A DNA stretch of 64,000 nt. Origin: Patescibacteria group bacterium (GTDB taxonomy: Bacteria; Patescibacteriota; Minisyncoccia; Phycocordibacterales; PALSA-1337). Below, piece after piece: positions 9,915-20,797 of this stretch. The stretch covers positions 88,745 to 152,744 of the forward strand of contig JANLHG010000014.1 in the NCBI GenBank assembly GCA_024654575.1, written 5' to 3'. The position numbers and the translations under genes are program-made. Each line of letters opens with the position of its first letter. Position 1 is the stretch's first letter. The notes beneath the pieces were generated by a model. The model saw only the letters and a list, made by a program, of their open reading frames with translations. It was not told the origin of the DNA and ran no database searches.

Positions 9915-12059
9915 ATGAATAGAGATTACCCATTAGAAAGAGTTAGAAATTTTGGAATTATCGCACATATTGATGCGGGAAAGACGACTACTTCGGAACG
10001 AATTTTGTATTACACTGGTGAATCGCATAAAATTGGTGAAGTTCACGAAGGAAATACCACTACTGACTGGATGGAACAAGAACGAGAGCGAGGGATTACC
10101 ATTACTGCCGCCGCTATTACTTGCTTTTGGAATCCGACTTATATGGGTTTGGATGTTACAGATAAACATCGTTTTAATATTATTGATACTCCAGGACATA
10201 TTGACTTTACAGCTGAAGTAAAACGTTCACTTAGAGTGCTTGACGGTGCTGTTGTTGTTTTTGATGGTGTTGCTGGTGTGGAACCACAAAGTGAGACTAA
10301 TTGGCGTTATGCAGATGATGGAAAAGTTCCGAGAATTTGTTTTATAAATAAATTAGATAGAATGGGAGCTTCATTTGAACGTTCTTATGCTTCAATTCTA
10401 GATCGTTTGACCAAAAATGCAGTTAGAGTGCAGATACCTATAGGTTTGGAAGAAAATTTTAACGGAGTAATAGATCTTCTAAAGATGAAAGCGTATTATT
10501 TTGAAGGGGAGATGGGAAATAAAATTCGTGAAGAAGAAATTCCAGAGGAATATCTTAATGATGCTAAAAAATACCGAGCGGAACTTGTGGAAAAAATTGT
10601 TAGTGAAGATGATAATGCGATGACAATGTTTCTTGAAGGAAAAGAACCGTCAGTGGAAGATTTGAAAAAAATATTAAGAAAAGCCACACTGGAAGTAAAA
10701 TTAATTCCTGTATTTGCTGGTTCGGCACTGAAGAACAAAGGTGTTCAATTGGTGCTAGATGGCGTAGTTGAATATCTTCCTTCTCCTTTAGATATTCCGC
10801 CAGTTGTTGGGGTACATCCAGTAACAGGCGAAGAGGTCATTCGTCATGCTTCTGATTCAGAGCCATTTTCAGCTCTCGCCTTTAAACTTCAGAATGACCC
10901 ATTCGTCGGTCAATTAACTTTCTTTAGAGTTTATTCTGGAACGATTGAAGCGGGAAGCTATATTTATAATGCAACCACTGGAGAAAGAGAACGTCTTGGA
11001 CGAATCGTGCGACTTCAAGCAGATGAAAGAGAAGAAGTAAAAAAGGTTTTTTCTGGAGAAATTGCTGCTGCAGTAGGACTTAAGACAGCTAGAACCTCTA
11101 ACACTTTTTGTGATGAAAATAATCCAATAATTCTTGACCCTATTAAGTTTGTTGAGCCTGTGGTGTCATTAAGAATTGAACCTAAAACAAAAGCTGACCA
11201 AGAAAAAATGGGTATGGCTTTGAAAAAACTTTCTGATGAAGATCCGACTTTTAAAATTTCATCAAACACGGAAACAGGAGAGACTATTATTTCGGGAATG
11301 GGTGAACTTCATCTTGAAATTATGATTGATAGAATGAAGCGAGAGTTTGGAGTGCAGGCAAATGTTGGTGAACCGCAAGTGGCCTATAGAGAAACAATTA
11401 CTTCTAGTGCAGAAGCGGAACATAAATATATCAAACAATCTGGAGGAAAAGGACAATACGGTCACGTTAAACTTACTATTAAGCCGATGGAAAAACTTGA
11501 AGAAGGTAAAAAAATTCCTAAAAATGTTAAACGATATGATCATTTTGAGTTTATCGATTCCATTAAGGGAGGAGTAATTCCAATTGAGTTTATCCCTGCC
11601 GTTGAAAAAGGAGTGAAAGAAGCTATGGAAAGAGGAATTGTGGCTGGATTTAGAATGGAAGACATTTCTTGTGAGCTTACTTTCGGTTCATATCATGATG
11701 TGGATTCTTCCGAAATTGCCTATAAAATTGCTGCCTCACAAGCTTTTCAAGAGGCCGCTAGACGAGCAAAACCGGTTATTTTAGAGCCGATTATGAAACT
11801 TGAAGTGGTTATGCCAGAAAAGTTTATGGGTGATGTTACAGGAAGTCTTTCATCAAAAAGAGGACAAATTGAAGGAATGGAAGATAGAGGAATGTTAAGA
11901 GTCATTCGTTCTAAGGTACCACTTTCGGAAATGTTTGGTTTTACTACCCAACTTCGCTCAATGACCGAAGGTCGTGGTTCTGCTAATATGGAATTCTCAC
12001 ATTATGAAATTGTGCCTCCAAATATAGAAAAAGAGATTGTGGAAAAGCGGAAGAAGTAG
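9915..12059 (+). CDS. fusA: Elongation factor G
   Basis: [10 protein letters not shown] GTPase motifs followed by the EF-G domains. Confidence 0.95.
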   Translation: MNRDYPLERVRNFGIIAHIDAGKTTTSERILYYTGESHKIGEVHEGNTTTDWMEQERERGITITAAAITCFWNPTYMGLDVTDKHRFNIIDTPGHIDFTAEVKRSLRVLDGAVVVFDGVAGVEPQSETNWRYADDGKVPRICFINKLDRMGASFERSYASILDRLTKNAVRVQIPIGLEENFNGVIDLLKMKAYYFEGEMGNKIREEEIPEEYLNDAKKYRAELVEKIVSEDDNAMTMFLEGKEPSVEDLKKILRKATLEVKLIPVFAGSALKNKGVQLVLDGVVEYLPSPLDIPPVVGVHPVTGEEVIRHASDSEPFSALAFKLQNDPFVGQLTFFRVYSGTIEAGSYIYNATTGERERLGRIVRLQADEREEVKKVFSGEIAAAVGLKTARTSNTFCDENNPIILDPIKFVEPVVSLRIEPKTKADQEKMGMALKKLSDEDPTFKISSNTETGETIISGMGELHLEIMIDRMKREFGVQANVGEPQVAYRETITSSAEAEHKYIKQSGGKGQYGHVKLTIKPMEKLEEGKKIPKNVKRYDHFEFIDSIKGGVIPIEFIPAVEKGVKEAMERGIVAGFRMEDISCELTFGSYHDVDSSEIAYKIAASQAFQEAARRAKPVILEPIMKLEVVMPEKFMGDVTGSLSSKRGQIEGMEDRGMLRVIRSKVPLSEMFGFTTQLRSMTEGRGSANMEFSHYEIVPPNIEKEIVEKRKK

Positions 12060-12078
12060 ATGTGGTATAATTTAATAT

Positions 12079-14133
12079 GTGAAACGCTTTATTGTTTTTA
12101 TTTTTGTTGTAGAAATATTTATTTTATTACCATCTTATGTTCATGCAGATATTTTTTCTAATATTAATTTTTTAAAAACAGCTATAGGTGAAGAACAAAG
12201 TGCTTCTGTGATTGTGAGTGTATCAGATTTTTCCGTAAGAAAATTTATTTTAGATACCAAAAGTAAAAATGTAAAGCTTGAAGGCAATAATAAAGGTATT
12301 TTAACTGAAGTATCAAATACTGGTAATTATATAAAGTCGTGGGATATTGAATATGAAAAGAAAGGGAATAGTCGAGATGTATGTAATCCGCCCGTACTTA
12401 ATCTGAAATTTGATAAAAAAGATAAAAAAAATAACCCCAAACCACTATTTAATGGGACTACGACTCTCTTCGGAAAAAATGTACTTAATTATCAAAAAAT
12501 TCGTCTAATTCCTGATTGTGAAATTTGGGAATCAACTCAATTTATAGCTTCTACTGGTATCAATGTGTTACTTAAGGAATATTTTATTTATTCACTTTTT
12601 CGTTTATTTGAAATACCGACATCTGATGTAATAGCATTTGCAAACATAACTTTTAATTCAAGTGATACTAATTTTGATAAAAATAAGGAATATAAATATT
12701 TAATATTACAACGTGATAACGAACCAGACGATCAAATACCATTTCTATCACAATATGGTTTGAGTGAATTAGTTGAAGCAAGTGATGCTGGTAAAACTTC
12801 AAATTATCAAAAATCTGGCGATCATTTTTATTCTATTAATTATGAAGAAAATGAAATCAAAAGAGATCTTAAACTTGACCCAGAAACCACCATTAAATAT
12901 TTCATTCTTTCTGATTTTGTAAATCTCAACGACCATTTTCTTTTCTGGAATGAAGATTATGGGAAAGATAAAATAACTGGTTTATGGAAAATTGTGCCGT
13001 TTGACTTTGATCTCTCATTTGATTGTGGTCTACCTGTAGTACCAACTGGACTTGTAAAAGAAATAGAGAAACTATCTCCAGAAGAAAAAATTAAATACAA
13101 AAATTTATATTATAAAATTAGTCGAGAAATTTTTGATAATCCAGAATCTCTTGAAAAGATGCTTGCGATAGTAGATCGCTTTCCTTTTGAGGGTAATAAA
13201 GAAACTTTAAAAAATTATGTTAGAGTTGCATTTTATAACTACGCTTTGTATTTTGGATTACCTGAGTTTTCAAATTATATTGGTAAATCACATATTTCAT
13301 TTGTAAACGAAGAATCTTATATAAAATCTGTAGAATCAATTAAAATCATAAGTACTCTTAATAAGTATTGTGATGATTCGTACAAAAAAAGACTTAATGA
13401 TTCATTATCTACTTATTCAAAAATTAAATCTGTTCAATTGAAAAGTGTTGAAACACTTAATGTATTAATGACTGAGGTCTCTCCTTTTTTCTCAATAACT
13501 CTTATACCTAGTAAAGCTTCAATTAATGACAAAGTTACACTTTACTGGAGAGGAGCAGATACTGATATAGACAGCACGATTGAGATATATAGTTTATCAG
13601 AAAAAGTGACATTACAGGAACGTTCAAGTGATGGTTTTTCGCTAATATTTACAGTGCCAGCTTCTCTGAATGGAGGAACTTATAATGTTAAAGTCAACAA
13701 TACTCGTCATGGAGTTAGTGGAACTAAACAACTCATAATAAACCCCCCTATCAAAGTCGCACCAATTCTTTTTACTAAGATACTTACTGATGCTCAAATC
13801 TTAAGTGTTAAAGGATTACTTCAAGCTTTTGGTGCCAATCAAGATGTGGTAAATAACGTGCAAAATGTATTAAGTGGAAAGGTGGCCCCAACTCCAACCC
13901 CCATCTATACTCCAGTTTACACTCCGTCTCCAACTTACACACCAATTTATACTCCTTCTCCTACTTATACCCCTACAGTAACAGCTACTCCTACATCAAC
14001 TTCTACACCAACTCCAACAATTACTTCTTCCCCCACTCCTTCTCCAAGTCCATCTTCTTCTCCTACATCTAGAATATATTTTGGTTCTTTTGTAGGGAAT
14101 GTGCTTGATGGGATTAAGGGATTGTTTAGGTAG
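12079..14133 (+). CDS. Secreted protein with a possible CotH-like core and a C-terminal Pro/Thr-rich linker plus conserved 21-aa tail
   Basis: Signal/TM N-terminus. The segment FLFWNEDYGKDKITGLWKIVPFDFDLSFD is reminiscent of the CotH WD-x-D region (tentative). The C-terminal module is shared with the 16604..20752 protein. Confidence 0.55.
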   Translation: MKRFIVFIFVVEIFILLPSYVHADIFSNINFLKTAIGEEQSASVIVSVSDFSVRKFILDTKSKNVKLEGNNKGILTEVSNTGNYIKSWDIEYEKKGNSRDVCNPPVLNLKFDKKDKKNNPKPLFNGTTTLFGKNVLNYQKIRLIPDCEIWESTQFIASTGINVLLKEYFIYSLFRLFEIPTSDVIAFANITFNSSDTNFDKNKEYKYLILQRDNEPDDQIPFLSQYGLSELVEASDAGKTSNYQKSGDHFYSINYEENEIKRDLKLDPETTIKYFILSDFVNLNDHFLFWNEDYGKDKITGLWKIVPFDFDLSFDCGLPVVPTGLVKEIEKLSPEEKIKYKNLYYKISREIFDNPESLEKMLAIVDRFPFEGNKETLKNYVRVAFYNYALYFGLPEFSNYIGKSHISFVNEESYIKSVESIKIISTLNKYCDDSYKKRLNDSLSTYSKIKSVQLKSVETLNVLMTEVSPFFSITLIPSKASINDKVTLYWRGADTDIDSTIEIYSLSEKVTLQERSSDGFSLIFTVPASLNGGTYNVKVNNTRHGVSGTKQLIINPPIKVAPILFTKILTDAQILSVKGLLQAFGANQDVVNNVQNVLSGKVAPTPTPIYTPVYTPSPTYTPIYTPSPTYTPTVTATPTSTSTPTPTITSSPTPSPSPSSSPTSRIYFGSFVGNVLDGIKGLFR
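13885..14067 (+). repeat. Imperfect short tandem coding repeats encoding the Pro/Thr-rich linker ([11 protein letters not shown] / TPT)
   Basis: Repeated CCAAC/TACAC/TCCTAC units. The protein is 684 aa; the PT-rich stretch runs from about residue 603 and ends before the 21-aa tail. Confidence 0.7.
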
Positions 14134-14184
14134 AGGATATTATATTAAACTCTTTCTATTTTCTAATTTACAAAACATTTTGAC

Positions 14185-14205
14185 ATACACACTATCAGTG
14201 TGTAT
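14185..14205. promoter_or_regulatory. Perfect palindrome ATACACACT-ATC-AGTGTGTAT, about 10 bp upstream of the antitoxin start; putative toxin-antitoxin operator
   Basis: 9-bp inverted repeat with a 3-bp spacer, seen directly in the sequence. Confidence 0.4.
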
Positions 14206-14215
14206 TATATACAAT

Positions 14216-14449
14216 ATGAAACGAATTAATATTACATTACCAAAAGATACTCTTGAGTTACTTGATAGTGTTGCTTTGAAGGGAGATAGGAGTCGTTTAG
14301 TTCATACTGCTGTACAATATTACATCAGACAAAAAAGTAAAAATGCAATCAAGGCACTTCTTCAGGAAGCTGGAAAGCAAAATTACTCGCGTGATATTGA
14401 TATAGCTCGCGATTGGTTTGCAATCGACGAACACATATGGAAAAAATAA
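14216..14449 (+). CDS. Ribbon-helix-helix (CopG/MazE-like) antitoxin
   Basis: A 77-aa ORF (MKRINITLPKDTLELLDSVA...) sits immediately upstream of the MazF-like gene and overlaps it by 13 nt. Confidence 0.6.
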   Translation: MKRINITLPKDTLELLDSVALKGDRSRLVHTAVQYYIRQKSKNAIKALLQEAGKQNYSRDIDIARDWFAIDEHIWKK

Positions 14450-14802
14450 TAGAATTACCTAGACGGGGCGATATATATCTTGTTAATTTTGATCCAACAA
14501 TAGGTAGAGAAATTAAAAAAACACGACCAGCTGTAATTATTCAAAATAATATTTCTAACGAATATAGTTCTGTAGTAATTGTTGCGGCCGTTACTTCTTA
14601 TCGTGCAAATTATAAAATTTATCCGACAGAAGTTATTGTGCCTTGTAAGGAAAGTGGCTTAAATCATGATTCACTTGTTTTATTGAACCAGATTCGAACA
14701 ATAGATAAACAACGTTTATTGCTTAAAGTTGGTAAAGTAAATTCAGAAATTTTATTAAAAATAGATAAAGCACTTGAGATAAGTTTGGGAATTGTGTTAT
14801 AA
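14437..14802 (+). CDS. mazF: MazF/PemK family endoribonuclease toxin
   Basis: RGDIYLVNFDPTIGREIKKTRPAVIIQNN...SVVIVAAVTS is the PemK/MazF signature. Confidence 0.8.
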   Translation: MEKIIELPRRGDIYLVNFDPTIGREIKKTRPAVIIQNNISNEYSSVVIVAAVTSYRANYKIYPTEVIVPCKESGLNHDSLVLLNQIRTIDKQRLLLKVGKVNSEILLKIDKALEISLGIVL

Positions 14803-14834
14803 TTACCATATTAAAATTTAACATCTAGTATTTT

Positions 14835-15758
14835 ATGAAATATAACAAAGGTTTTTTAGGAATAGGTATGATAATCGCAATCGTTGCCATTTTGGCTGTT
14901 GGTGGGGGTGTCGTTTATTACACAACAAAAACTCCAGCTCCTTCTTTAAACACAGAAGAAGATAATTATCAAACACAAGCAAATCAGAATAATAACTCTT
15001 CATCTGCTTCTGTCGGTACTCCAACGATAACTGTTGTTAGTCCAGATGGAGGAGAAATGTGGCAAGAAGGCAAGACGTATCAGATAACATGGTCGGCAAG
15101 AAATATCTCTGGAAACCAAAGTATTAAGTTGGTTGATAGAAATAACTTAGTTATAAGAACTATTAATTCCAATATAAATACAGTAAATGATGGTTCAAAT
15201 TCCTATTCTTACAATTGGATAATACCTCAAGAGTTTGTATCAGAAGCTTCTCCATTAAAATTTAAGATTCTTATTTCTTCTTCGGACAATACAGTCTCAG
15301 ACTATAGTAATAATCAATTTACAATTTCTGCTCCAGACAATATCGCAAATTGGAAAACATATACTGATAGTAAATCGAGTTATTCAATTGATTATCCAAC
15401 AGGAACCCAAATAAATGCGAACGCTACTACCGTTTACTTTTCGCCTATTTCTACAAAAAGCGAATTAAGTATAGATGTCGTCATGTCCTCCTCCGCGAGT
15501 TGTTTTAATACCGCCTCTGGCGCAGACCCGACTTATGCAACTATCAATGGTATAAATTTTACTGTATGGAATAAGAGCAAAGAATATAGCACAGGATCTA
15601 ATACTTGGGCTACAGCTAAAGAATACTGTGTTGTGCATGGTGGAAGTATATATAAAATAATTTCCAAACTTCCTTACAAAGCTGGCACTACTCCTTCGGA
15701 TGTAGACAAAGATGTAATCTTGAATAAGATGATTGCAAGTTTCAAATTCACGAAATAG
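14835..15758 (+). CDS. Hypothetical membrane-anchored surface protein
   Basis: N-terminal TM segment followed by a low-complexity N/S/T-rich region. Confidence 0.45.
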   Translation: MKYNKGFLGIGMIIAIVAILAVGGGVVYYTTKTPAPSLNTEEDNYQTQANQNNNSSSASVGTPTITVVSPDGGEMWQEGKTYQITWSARNISGNQSIKLVDRNNLVIRTINSNINTVNDGSNSYSYNWIIPQEFVSEASPLKFKILISSSDNTVSDYSNNQFTISAPDNIANWKTYTDSKSSYSIDYPTGTQINANATTVYFSPISTKSELSIDVVMSSSASCFNTASGADPTYATINGINFTVWNKSKEYSTGSNTWATAKEYCVVHGGSIYKIISKLPYKAGTTPSDVDKDVILNKMIASFKFTK

Positions 15759-15761
15759 TTA

Positions 15762-16562
15762 CTAGTTTTTTGGAAAGTATTCAATAAGCTCATTTGAATT
15801 ATAAAAATTTTTTGCAAGAGTACCGAAACTATATGGAACATTTTTTATTTCTATAATCGCTCCGCCAGATTGAGGATTGGCGTTTGGAATAGAATGTTTA
15901 AAACCGATATTGTAGAGCGTACTTATGATATCTATACGGTCTGTGATAGGAAAACCAGCTTTTTCCCATTGAGTAAGAATCTGTTTAATATATAAGGCGG
16001 TATAAAGATAAGAATAATATCTATCATCTTCTTTTGTAATTCTTGTAAATCGTTCTTTATCTTTATCTTTCGTTTCAAAATCAAGAATATTTTCATAAGA
16101 TAGTCCAAGATAATATATAGAAGAAGTATCTTTCAAATGTTTCTCAATAAGTTTTGCAGTTTCTTCTTTAATTCCCATCACTCCCCAAGAAAATTGATTT
16201 TGATTGCCTAAGAGTTTTAATGGATAAAAGATTTTCTTGAATAACTCTCTATTACTGTGGTAAAGTCGCAATTGTTCCACTACCAGTTGCGCTACAATAA
16301 GTCGTGATGGTATTCCCGTTATTTCTCCCGCTCTTTTTATGACTTCTTCATCTTTAATAATCGCTGTTTTTAATGTTTCCCATTCTTCGCCAATATTCCA
16401 AGTTTTTTCCGTTTGAATAAAATTACTTTGTTGATTATCAATAATTCCTTTCGTATTTGTCAAACCAAATTTTACTGCAAAGTATCCTACTACCAATACA
16501 AAACCAATAAAAGCGAAAATGTATACGATAATTTTTCCAATTGATTTAAATGGGGATAACAT
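15762..16562 (-). CDS. Hypothetical membrane-anchored protein
   Basis: N-terminal TM segment; no confident family assignment. Confidence 0.45.
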   Translation of the reverse strand: MLSPFKSIGKIIVYIFAFIGFVLVVGYFAVKFGLTNTKGIIDNQQSNFIQTEKTWNIGEEWETLKTAIIKDEEVIKRAGEITGIPSRLIVAQLVVEQLRLYHSNRELFKKIFYPLKLLGNQNQFSWGVMGIKEETAKLIEKHLKDTSSIYYLGLSYENILDFETKDKDKERFTRITKEDDRYYSYLYTALYIKQILTQWEKAGFPITDRIDIISTLYNIGFKHSIPNANPQSGGAIIEIKNVPYSFGTLAKNFYNSNELIEYFPKN

Positions 16563-16603
16563 AGATAGATAAAGTATATCATCTGGGCTATAATTGAGGG
16601 ATT

Positions 16604-19600
16604 ATGAGAAAGGTATTTTTCTTCGGGTTTATAGTTATATTTATTCTTGGTTCTTATTCACATACGATATATGCTCAATCAACACCTACTCCGATACCTG
16701 CTACGGTATCTAATTTTATTATAACTTCGGCTAGTACGATTGATAATGATATAGATAAACAAACTCAAGCAATTATTATAGCTAATGATCAATTGAGTCG
16801 ATTAAAAAATGATTCTAGAGCTATTCCTATAGCTAGAGAAAGACAGATACTTATGAAAAATTTGGCTAGGAAAAATGCACAACGATTTTTGAGTGTCACT
16901 CTTAGTAGTAAAATTCGAGCACAGCTAGTTCCAGAAGCACAACAATATATTGAAAAAAGAGATACGATTACAGGCACACTTGAGGTGATGCACATTGACG
17001 ATTTCAAAAATCATGATAACTCTAAATTTGAATATACATTAAATGCAATTATTAAAAAATATAGCATATTAAGCCCAACTCCGATAACGCCCATAAATGG
17101 TGGTAAGGTAAAAGTGGATGGATATGCACTTGATGATCTTATGGTGCTAGCAAATGGAGACCCGTCTATGGTTATTCTTGCTGGACAAGGGTCAAAGGAA
17201 GCTCTCGGTAATCAGCGTGTTTTAGCACTCATCACTGAAATGAAAGGAGAAACTAGTCCAATTACTGTAGCAGATGCTGAAAAGGCACTTTTTGATGAGA
17301 CAAGTCCTTTTCAGAAGTTTTACAGAGAGCAATCTTATGGTAAGGCGTGGTTTAGTGGAAAAGCATATAAAATCAAACTTGACCGTGCTGGTGGTGAAGG
17401 ATGTACCAGTGGTATTAATATTTTTGATGAAGATGTTATTGCAGCTATTAAAGCTCAAAATATAAATCTAGATAATTTTGATCGTATTTTATTTATTCCA
17501 CCAGTTGGGTATTGTTCTGGTGTCGGAAAAGGTGTGATTGAGATTGAAGGGAAAAAGTATATGTTGTCCACATCTTGGGTTAGTTTTAATGACTTTAAAA
17601 GCCACTTAGATAATAATACTTTCTCTATTACTTTGGCACATGAGCTTGGTCACGCGCTCGGAGTTATGCATGCTAATTTTCTTTTATGTGACAAACATGA
17701 TCCTTGTGTCCATCAAGAATATGGAAATTATTTTGATGTGATGGGAAGCGGTGTCGGTGATTTTAATGCACTTTATAAAGAACAACTAAACTGGCTCGTT
17801 CCAGATGATTTTGTAGTTATCACAAAAGATGGAAATTACAATATAAAACCACTTGAAAATAAAAATGGTATAAGAGCCGCTAAAGTTATCAATCCTTTTA
17901 TCGGCCCTCTTTCGATTATGTATTTGGAAGCAAGAGCAAATGTTAATAGTCGTTATAAAGGGGATCTTGTATCTGGTCAGGAAAATTCATTACTACTTAA
18001 TATTCCACAACGACCTAAGGAATTGAAACAGACAGATGTAGAGTTAATAGATATGACTCCAGGAATTCCAGGTTGGAATCTTCCAATTGGTGGATATTTT
18101 TTTGATAAAGAAAATATTGCACTTGGTCCTAATGCATTGTCTTATACTCCAGATTCATCTGGTGTCACTATAGGCTCTGTCAAACAAGAGACGGGTGAAG
18201 TTGGTTTTCATATTGCAATAAGTAAACTAATATGCAATCCAAAGTTTCCTCAAATACATTCTGATGATTATGTACCAAAGATTACCCAAGGTTCGTTAAT
18301 TAGTATAGGTGTTAGGTTTACTAATAATGACCCAATTTGTTATCAACCTTCTGATTTCACATTTGAATTAAAAAATCTTCCTGCGGGGTTTGTTATTGAT
18401 ACTGATCGTAGTGATTTAAATAATAATGCTAAAATAATAGCTCCACGCGAACAATCATATTTATCGACTGCTGTTAATGTTCAACCATCTGTATTACCTG
18501 GTTTTTATAATATCAATTATGAAATAAAAAATACAAGGTCAGGTTTAGTTGCTCAAGGATCTCAAGAAATTCAAGTGATTGCTAAACCTGTAATACTTTC
18601 TATTGACCCTCAATTAGTCGCGATAGGGGGAGATATTAAAATTATAGGTAAAAATTTTAATCAGAAAAACAAAGTTGTCTTCCAAACACTTATAGACGGT
18701 GTGTGGTTGAATGGTATTTTTGATGGAGTAGTTGCCACTGATGGAACTAATAAAGATGAACAAGTTCTTGCTCTTAAAATGCCTACAACTCTTTGTAAAT
18801 GGGGTGATGGAGGTTCTTGTGAAGGGAATTTCCCAGCATTGCCTGGAACGTATTGGGTATATGTACAAACTGACTTTACTTCAACTGAACAATTTAACTT
18901 TTCAGTATTTGATCAAAAAGATATATCTTCACCAAAAATCAATATTCTCTCTCCCACTTCAGATGAAGTCATTGAAAAAGGAAAATTGTATGTTATTAAA
19001 TACAAAACGAAAGGGGTCTCAAATGTTAAAATCGATTTAATGGACTATAAAGGAATAAAAGTGATTAGAAATATTGAACCGAGTGTGTCTGGTGATTTTA
19101 CCAATTATTATTGGACCGTTCCTAATGATTTAGATATTGAGCGGAATAACTTGTTTACTATTCGTATTTCAGATGTCAATAACTCAAAAGTACATAGTGA
19201 TAGTGGTAAGTTTATGATTATAGAACAGGATGATCCAGAACTAGAAGTAACAAGTAATGTTCTTTCTGTAGAATATGATTCTAATAGAAAAGAAGTGTCA
19301 GTGGTTTCAAAAATTAAAGTCAAAATAACTGCCTCAAAAGATATTGACTTAATCATTCCAAAGCAATGGGCGTTTTCAGTCGGAGCTACAAATACTAATT
19401 ATCAATGGGCTGGGGAAAGTCAGACGACTTATACTTCTACCGCTTCAAATTATGGTTCAAACTCATATATAATACCAAAAGGCAAAAGTGCTGATTTTGA
19501 ATTGACTACACAATTTAATCCGAAAATAATGTTTCCAGGGTCATATAAAGCGTTTATGAATGGTTTTACTTACGGTGCTAATTATAATGGTTATAAATCC

Positions 19601-20752
19601 ACACCTGATAACTACTCAAATGTACTAACTATTATTGGAGAAACATCACCATATATTACCTCCGTTACTGACCCTGCATATATTAATGTACCGATTACAC
19701 TGACGGGTGAACGATTCGGTTCTGCTATTGTCGGAATTGTTTTAAATGATAAACAGATTTCTTTAAAACCTCAACACAATGGTAATTTTGACTCTGTTAC
19801 ATTTACACCTCAAAAGTATGAAGTAGATTCAGGGTTTGCAAAGATGCAATTGTTTAATGAAATTGGTGCAAGTAATATTTATTATTTTGAATTACTACCA
19901 GCCAAAACAGTATTTGGAAACTTAAAAGAACAGTTTGCTAATGTGTTACAGGCGATAGAAGAAATTTTGAAATTTTTCTCTCCAACGGAAGTGCACGCGG
20001 AAAGCAATTGTCTCATTCTTCATGAGACAATGAGATTTCGTTCTGATGACGAACAGACAAAAGGGGAAGTATCAAAACTTCAACAATTTTTGAAATCAAA
20101 AGGTTATTTTACAGAAAAAGTTTCTGGTTTTTATGGTAAGGCGACGATGCAAGCTATTATTGCTTTTCAGAGAGCAAATAATATAGCTCCTTCAAGTCAA
20201 AACCCATGGCTTTCTGCTGTAGTTGGTCCAAAAACCCAACAAAAAATCGCTTCACTTACTTGCAATGCTTCAAGTCCTATTACTTCTCCTTCTTCTACTC
20301 CAATGATTATCTCTAACCCTAATAAACTTCTTACAAATGCCCAAGTCTCAAGCATTCTCGGATTACTCAAATCATTCAACGCTAATCAGAGTGTTATAGA
20401 CAATGTCCAAAAATCTTTAGGAGGCACACCTACAGCAACCCCCATCTATACTCCAGTCTACACTCCATCTCCAACTTATACTCCTACAGTAACTCCTACT
20501 CCTACTTATACTCCCACCTCGACATCTTCTCCATCTCCAACATATTCTCCCACCCCGACTGTGACCACTACTCCTTCTCCTACTTATACCCCTACAGTAA
20601 CAGCTACTCCTACATCAACTTCTACACCAACCCCCACAATTACCTCATCTCCATCTCCGAGCCCGAGTCCATCTTCTTCTCCCACATCTAGGATATATTT
20701 TGGTTCTTTTGTAGGAAATGTGATTGATGGGATTAAGGGATTGTTTAGGTAG
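16604..20752 (+). CDS. Giant secreted zinc-metalloprotease-like protein (metzincin HEXXHXXGXXH motif) with beta-rich repeats, a PG_binding_1-like domain, a PT-rich linker and the conserved 21-aa C-terminal tail
   Basis: Signal peptide; [11 protein letters not shown] zinc motif; [41 protein letters not shown] resembles a peptidoglycan-binding domain. The C-terminus ...[21 protein letters not shown] is identical, apart from V/L and I/L differences, to the tail of the 12079..14133 protein. Confidence 0.7.
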   Translation: MRKVFFFGFIVIFILGSYSHTIYAQSTPTPIPATVSNFIITSASTIDNDIDKQTQAIIIANDQLSRLKNDSRAIPIARERQILMKNLARKNAQRFLSVTLSSKIRAQLVPEAQQYIEKRDTITGTLEVMHIDDFKNHDNSKFEYTLNAIIKKYSILSPTPITPINGGKVKVDGYALDDLMVLANGDPSMVILAGQGSKEALGNQRVLALITEMKGETSPITVADAEKALFDETSPFQKFYREQSYGKAWFSGKAYKIKLDRAGGEGCTSGINIFDEDVIAAIKAQNINLDNFDRILFIPPVGYCSGVGKGVIEIEGKKYMLSTSWVSFNDFKSHLDNNTFSITLAHELGHALGVMHANFLLCDKHDPCVHQEYGNYFDVMGSGVGDFNALYKEQLNWLVPDDFVVITKDGNYNIKPLENKNGIRAAKVINPFIGPLSIMYLEARANVNSRYKGDLVSGQENSLLLNIPQRPKELKQTDVELIDMTPGIPGWNLPIGGYFFDKENIALGPNALSYTPDSSGVTIGSVKQETGEVGFHIAISKLICNPKFPQIHSDDYVPKITQGSLISIGVRFTNNDPICYQPSDFTFELKNLPAGFVIDTDRSDLNNNAKIIAPREQSYLSTAVNVQPSVLPGFYNINYEIKNTRSGLVAQGSQEIQVIAKPVILSIDPQLVAIGGDIKIIGKNFNQKNKVVFQTLIDGVWLNGIFDGVVATDGTNKDEQVLALKMPTTLCKWGDGGSCEGNFPALPGTYWVYVQTDFTSTEQFNFSVFDQKDISSPKINILSPTSDEVIEKGKLYVIKYKTKGVSNVKIDLMDYKGIKVIRNIEPSVSGDFTNYYWTVPNDLDIERNNLFTIRISDVNNSKVHSDSGKFMIIEQDDPELEVTSNVLSVEYDSNRKEVSVVSKIKVKITASKDIDLIIPKQWAFSVGATNTNYQWAGESQTTYTSTASNYGSNSYIIPKGKSADFELTTQFNPKIMFPGSYKAFMNGFTYGANYNGYKSTPDNYSNVLTIIGETSPYITSVTDPAYINVPITLTGERFGSAIVGIVLNDKQISLKPQHNGNFDSVTFTPQKYEVDSGFAKMQLFNEIGASNIYYFELLPAKTVFGNLKEQFANVLQAIEEILKFFSPTEVHAESNCLILHETMRFRSDDEQTKGEVSKLQQFLKSKGYFTEKVSGFYGKATMQAIIAFQRANNIAPSSQNPWLSAVVGPKTQQKIASLTCNASSPITSPSSTPMIISNPNKLLTNAQVSSILGLLKSFNANQSVIDNVQKSLGGTPTATPIYTPVYTPSPTYTPTVTPTPTYTPTSTSSPSPTYSPTPTVTTTPSPTYTPTVTATPTSTSTPTPTITSSPSPSPSPSSSPTSRIYFGSFVGNVIDGIKGLFR
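20429..20686 (+). repeat. Pro/Thr-rich coding tandem repeats (second copy of the PT linker)
   Basis: [25 protein letters not shown]...[20 protein letters not shown], with DNA segments near-identical to 13885..14067. Confidence 0.7.
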
Positions 20753-20797
20753 GGTTGAATACACTATTTTACGAATGTATGCTATGGTAGCGGTGAA

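Noticed and set aside
9933-11577. Antisense or alternate-frame ORFs within fusA
   Set aside because: They overlap a highly conserved EF-G reading frame and have no independent support.
13885-14067. The highly repetitive short-unit DNA might be a CRISPR array or a noncoding satellite
   Set aside because: The repeats are irregular 9-12-nt units lying in-frame within long ORFs and encoding Pro/Thr linkers. There is no repeat-spacer architecture and no cas genes.
13861-20752. The near-identical approx. 150-300 bp DNA repeats at the ends of two genes might be a diversity-generating-retroelement TR/VR pair
   Set aside because: The differences between copies are not adenine-specific (t/c, a/c and t/a changes). 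Both copies are coding C-termini, and there is no reverse transcriptase or accessory gene in the window. They are better explained as paralogous C-terminal modules homogenised by gene conversion.
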